This document shows, in pieces, positions 27,946-29,149 of a stretch of 29,149 nt of DNA (the first letter of the stretch is position 1; the number at the start of each line of letters is the position of its first letter). Below the pieces are notes generated by a model. The model saw only the letters and a program-made list of their open reading frames with translations. It made no database searches and was not told the DNA's origin. The DNA is taken from NCBI GenBank assembly GCA_964016885.1, contig CAXHJY010001655.1, forward strand, positions 1 to 29,149. The letters are read 5' to 3'. This stretch comes from Eledone cirrhosa. Taxonomy: Eukaryota. A program made the translations under genes and the position numbers.

Positions 27946-28297
27946 ACCGCTGTCGGTTTCGACGATGAACCCTCCAGTTATTAGATCAATGGAACAGACT
28001 ACACACGAAGATTACTTGTAAGTGGCCCAGCATCCCACAGACATATGAACCCTTATCGTAATTCTCAGGAAGATTCAACGTGATACAATGTGACAAGGCA
28101 GCCCTTTTGAATGAGAGATACAGAACATCAGACGGGTTTCCTAAATTTTCCTCCTCTACCCATTTTTCATTGATAAGATGTATGTCTACTTGAAGCTATG
28201 TTAAATGACACTTACCCAAGATGCTACGCAGTGGGATAGAACTCGTAACCTAATGATTACGAAGTGAACCTCTTAGCCATTCTGCCATTCTGCATCC
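27946..28297 (-). mobile_element. SINE family B (tRNA head plus CORE-like domain), near full length
   Basis: Minus strand A box tggcagaatgg, B box gagttctatccc, then ttgggtaagtgtc; body shared with 75-360 and 1585-1738. Confidence 0.75.
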
Positions 28298-28357
28298 ACC
28301 CGCTGTAACATACACATAATACTACATTCGTATATAAACACACGCATCTCTGAAATT

Positions 28358-28517
28358 AATTGTTTCTACTCTTGGCACAAGGCCAGCAATTACCCAGTGT
28401 ATTACTGGTACTTTATTTTATCGACCCCGTAAGGATGAAAGGCAAAGTTAAACTCGGCGGGATTTGAACTCATAATGGAAAAAGCCGTAACTCTTTGCTT
28501 CAAAACATGGCGTCCGA
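28358..28517 (-). mobile_element. SINE family A, 5'-truncated
   Basis: Near-identical to 21511-21670. Confidence 0.9.
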
Positions 28518-28820
28518 GACAACAAAAGGCTTTCCAAATTTTCAAATCTTCCGATATTCGTACGATAATGTTTTCTATTTAATAATTGATTTTTCTGTTT
28601 AAGGTTTGATCGATATATAGCTAAACTTCAATTTAGATTCGACCGTGATTTCAGTCGAGATATGGCGAGACTTCAGTATCAAGGAGAACAATCATGAATG
28701 GAGAATGTAGAATCGTTAGTGATATTCCTATTTAAATAATCAAACTCTTTGAATCGTTCCAGTCCATTATTCTGAAATACGTTATGGTGTCCGATGAGAG
28801 ATAAATTTTCTTCCGTCGTT

Positions 28821-29142
<322 letters not shown>

Positions 29143-29149
29143 GCATGGT

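Overview
AT-rich, microsatellite-saturated animal DNA with no recognisable host protein-coding gene. The SINE types resemble those I recall from octopod cephalopods (inference). Almost all listed ORFs are translations of simple repeats. The window is a mosaic of retroelement debris: two tRNA-derived SINE families, RTE-, R4/Dong- and CRE-like LINE fragments, one Tc1/mariner-type MITE and many Penelope-like element (PLE) ends with GIY-YIG remnants. The main signal is a dense set of type I hammerhead ribozyme (HHR) motifs, about 11 well formed plus several decayed. Most lie in short fold-back cassettes with the layout inverted arm - spacer - HHR - arm - unique tail, usually within (TA)n. These include near-perfect palindromes whose centre lies at the ribozyme 5' end, HHRs with about 65-nt loop II insertions, and core variants CCGAUGA and UUGACAA. 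All folds were paired by eye and no activity is demonstrated.
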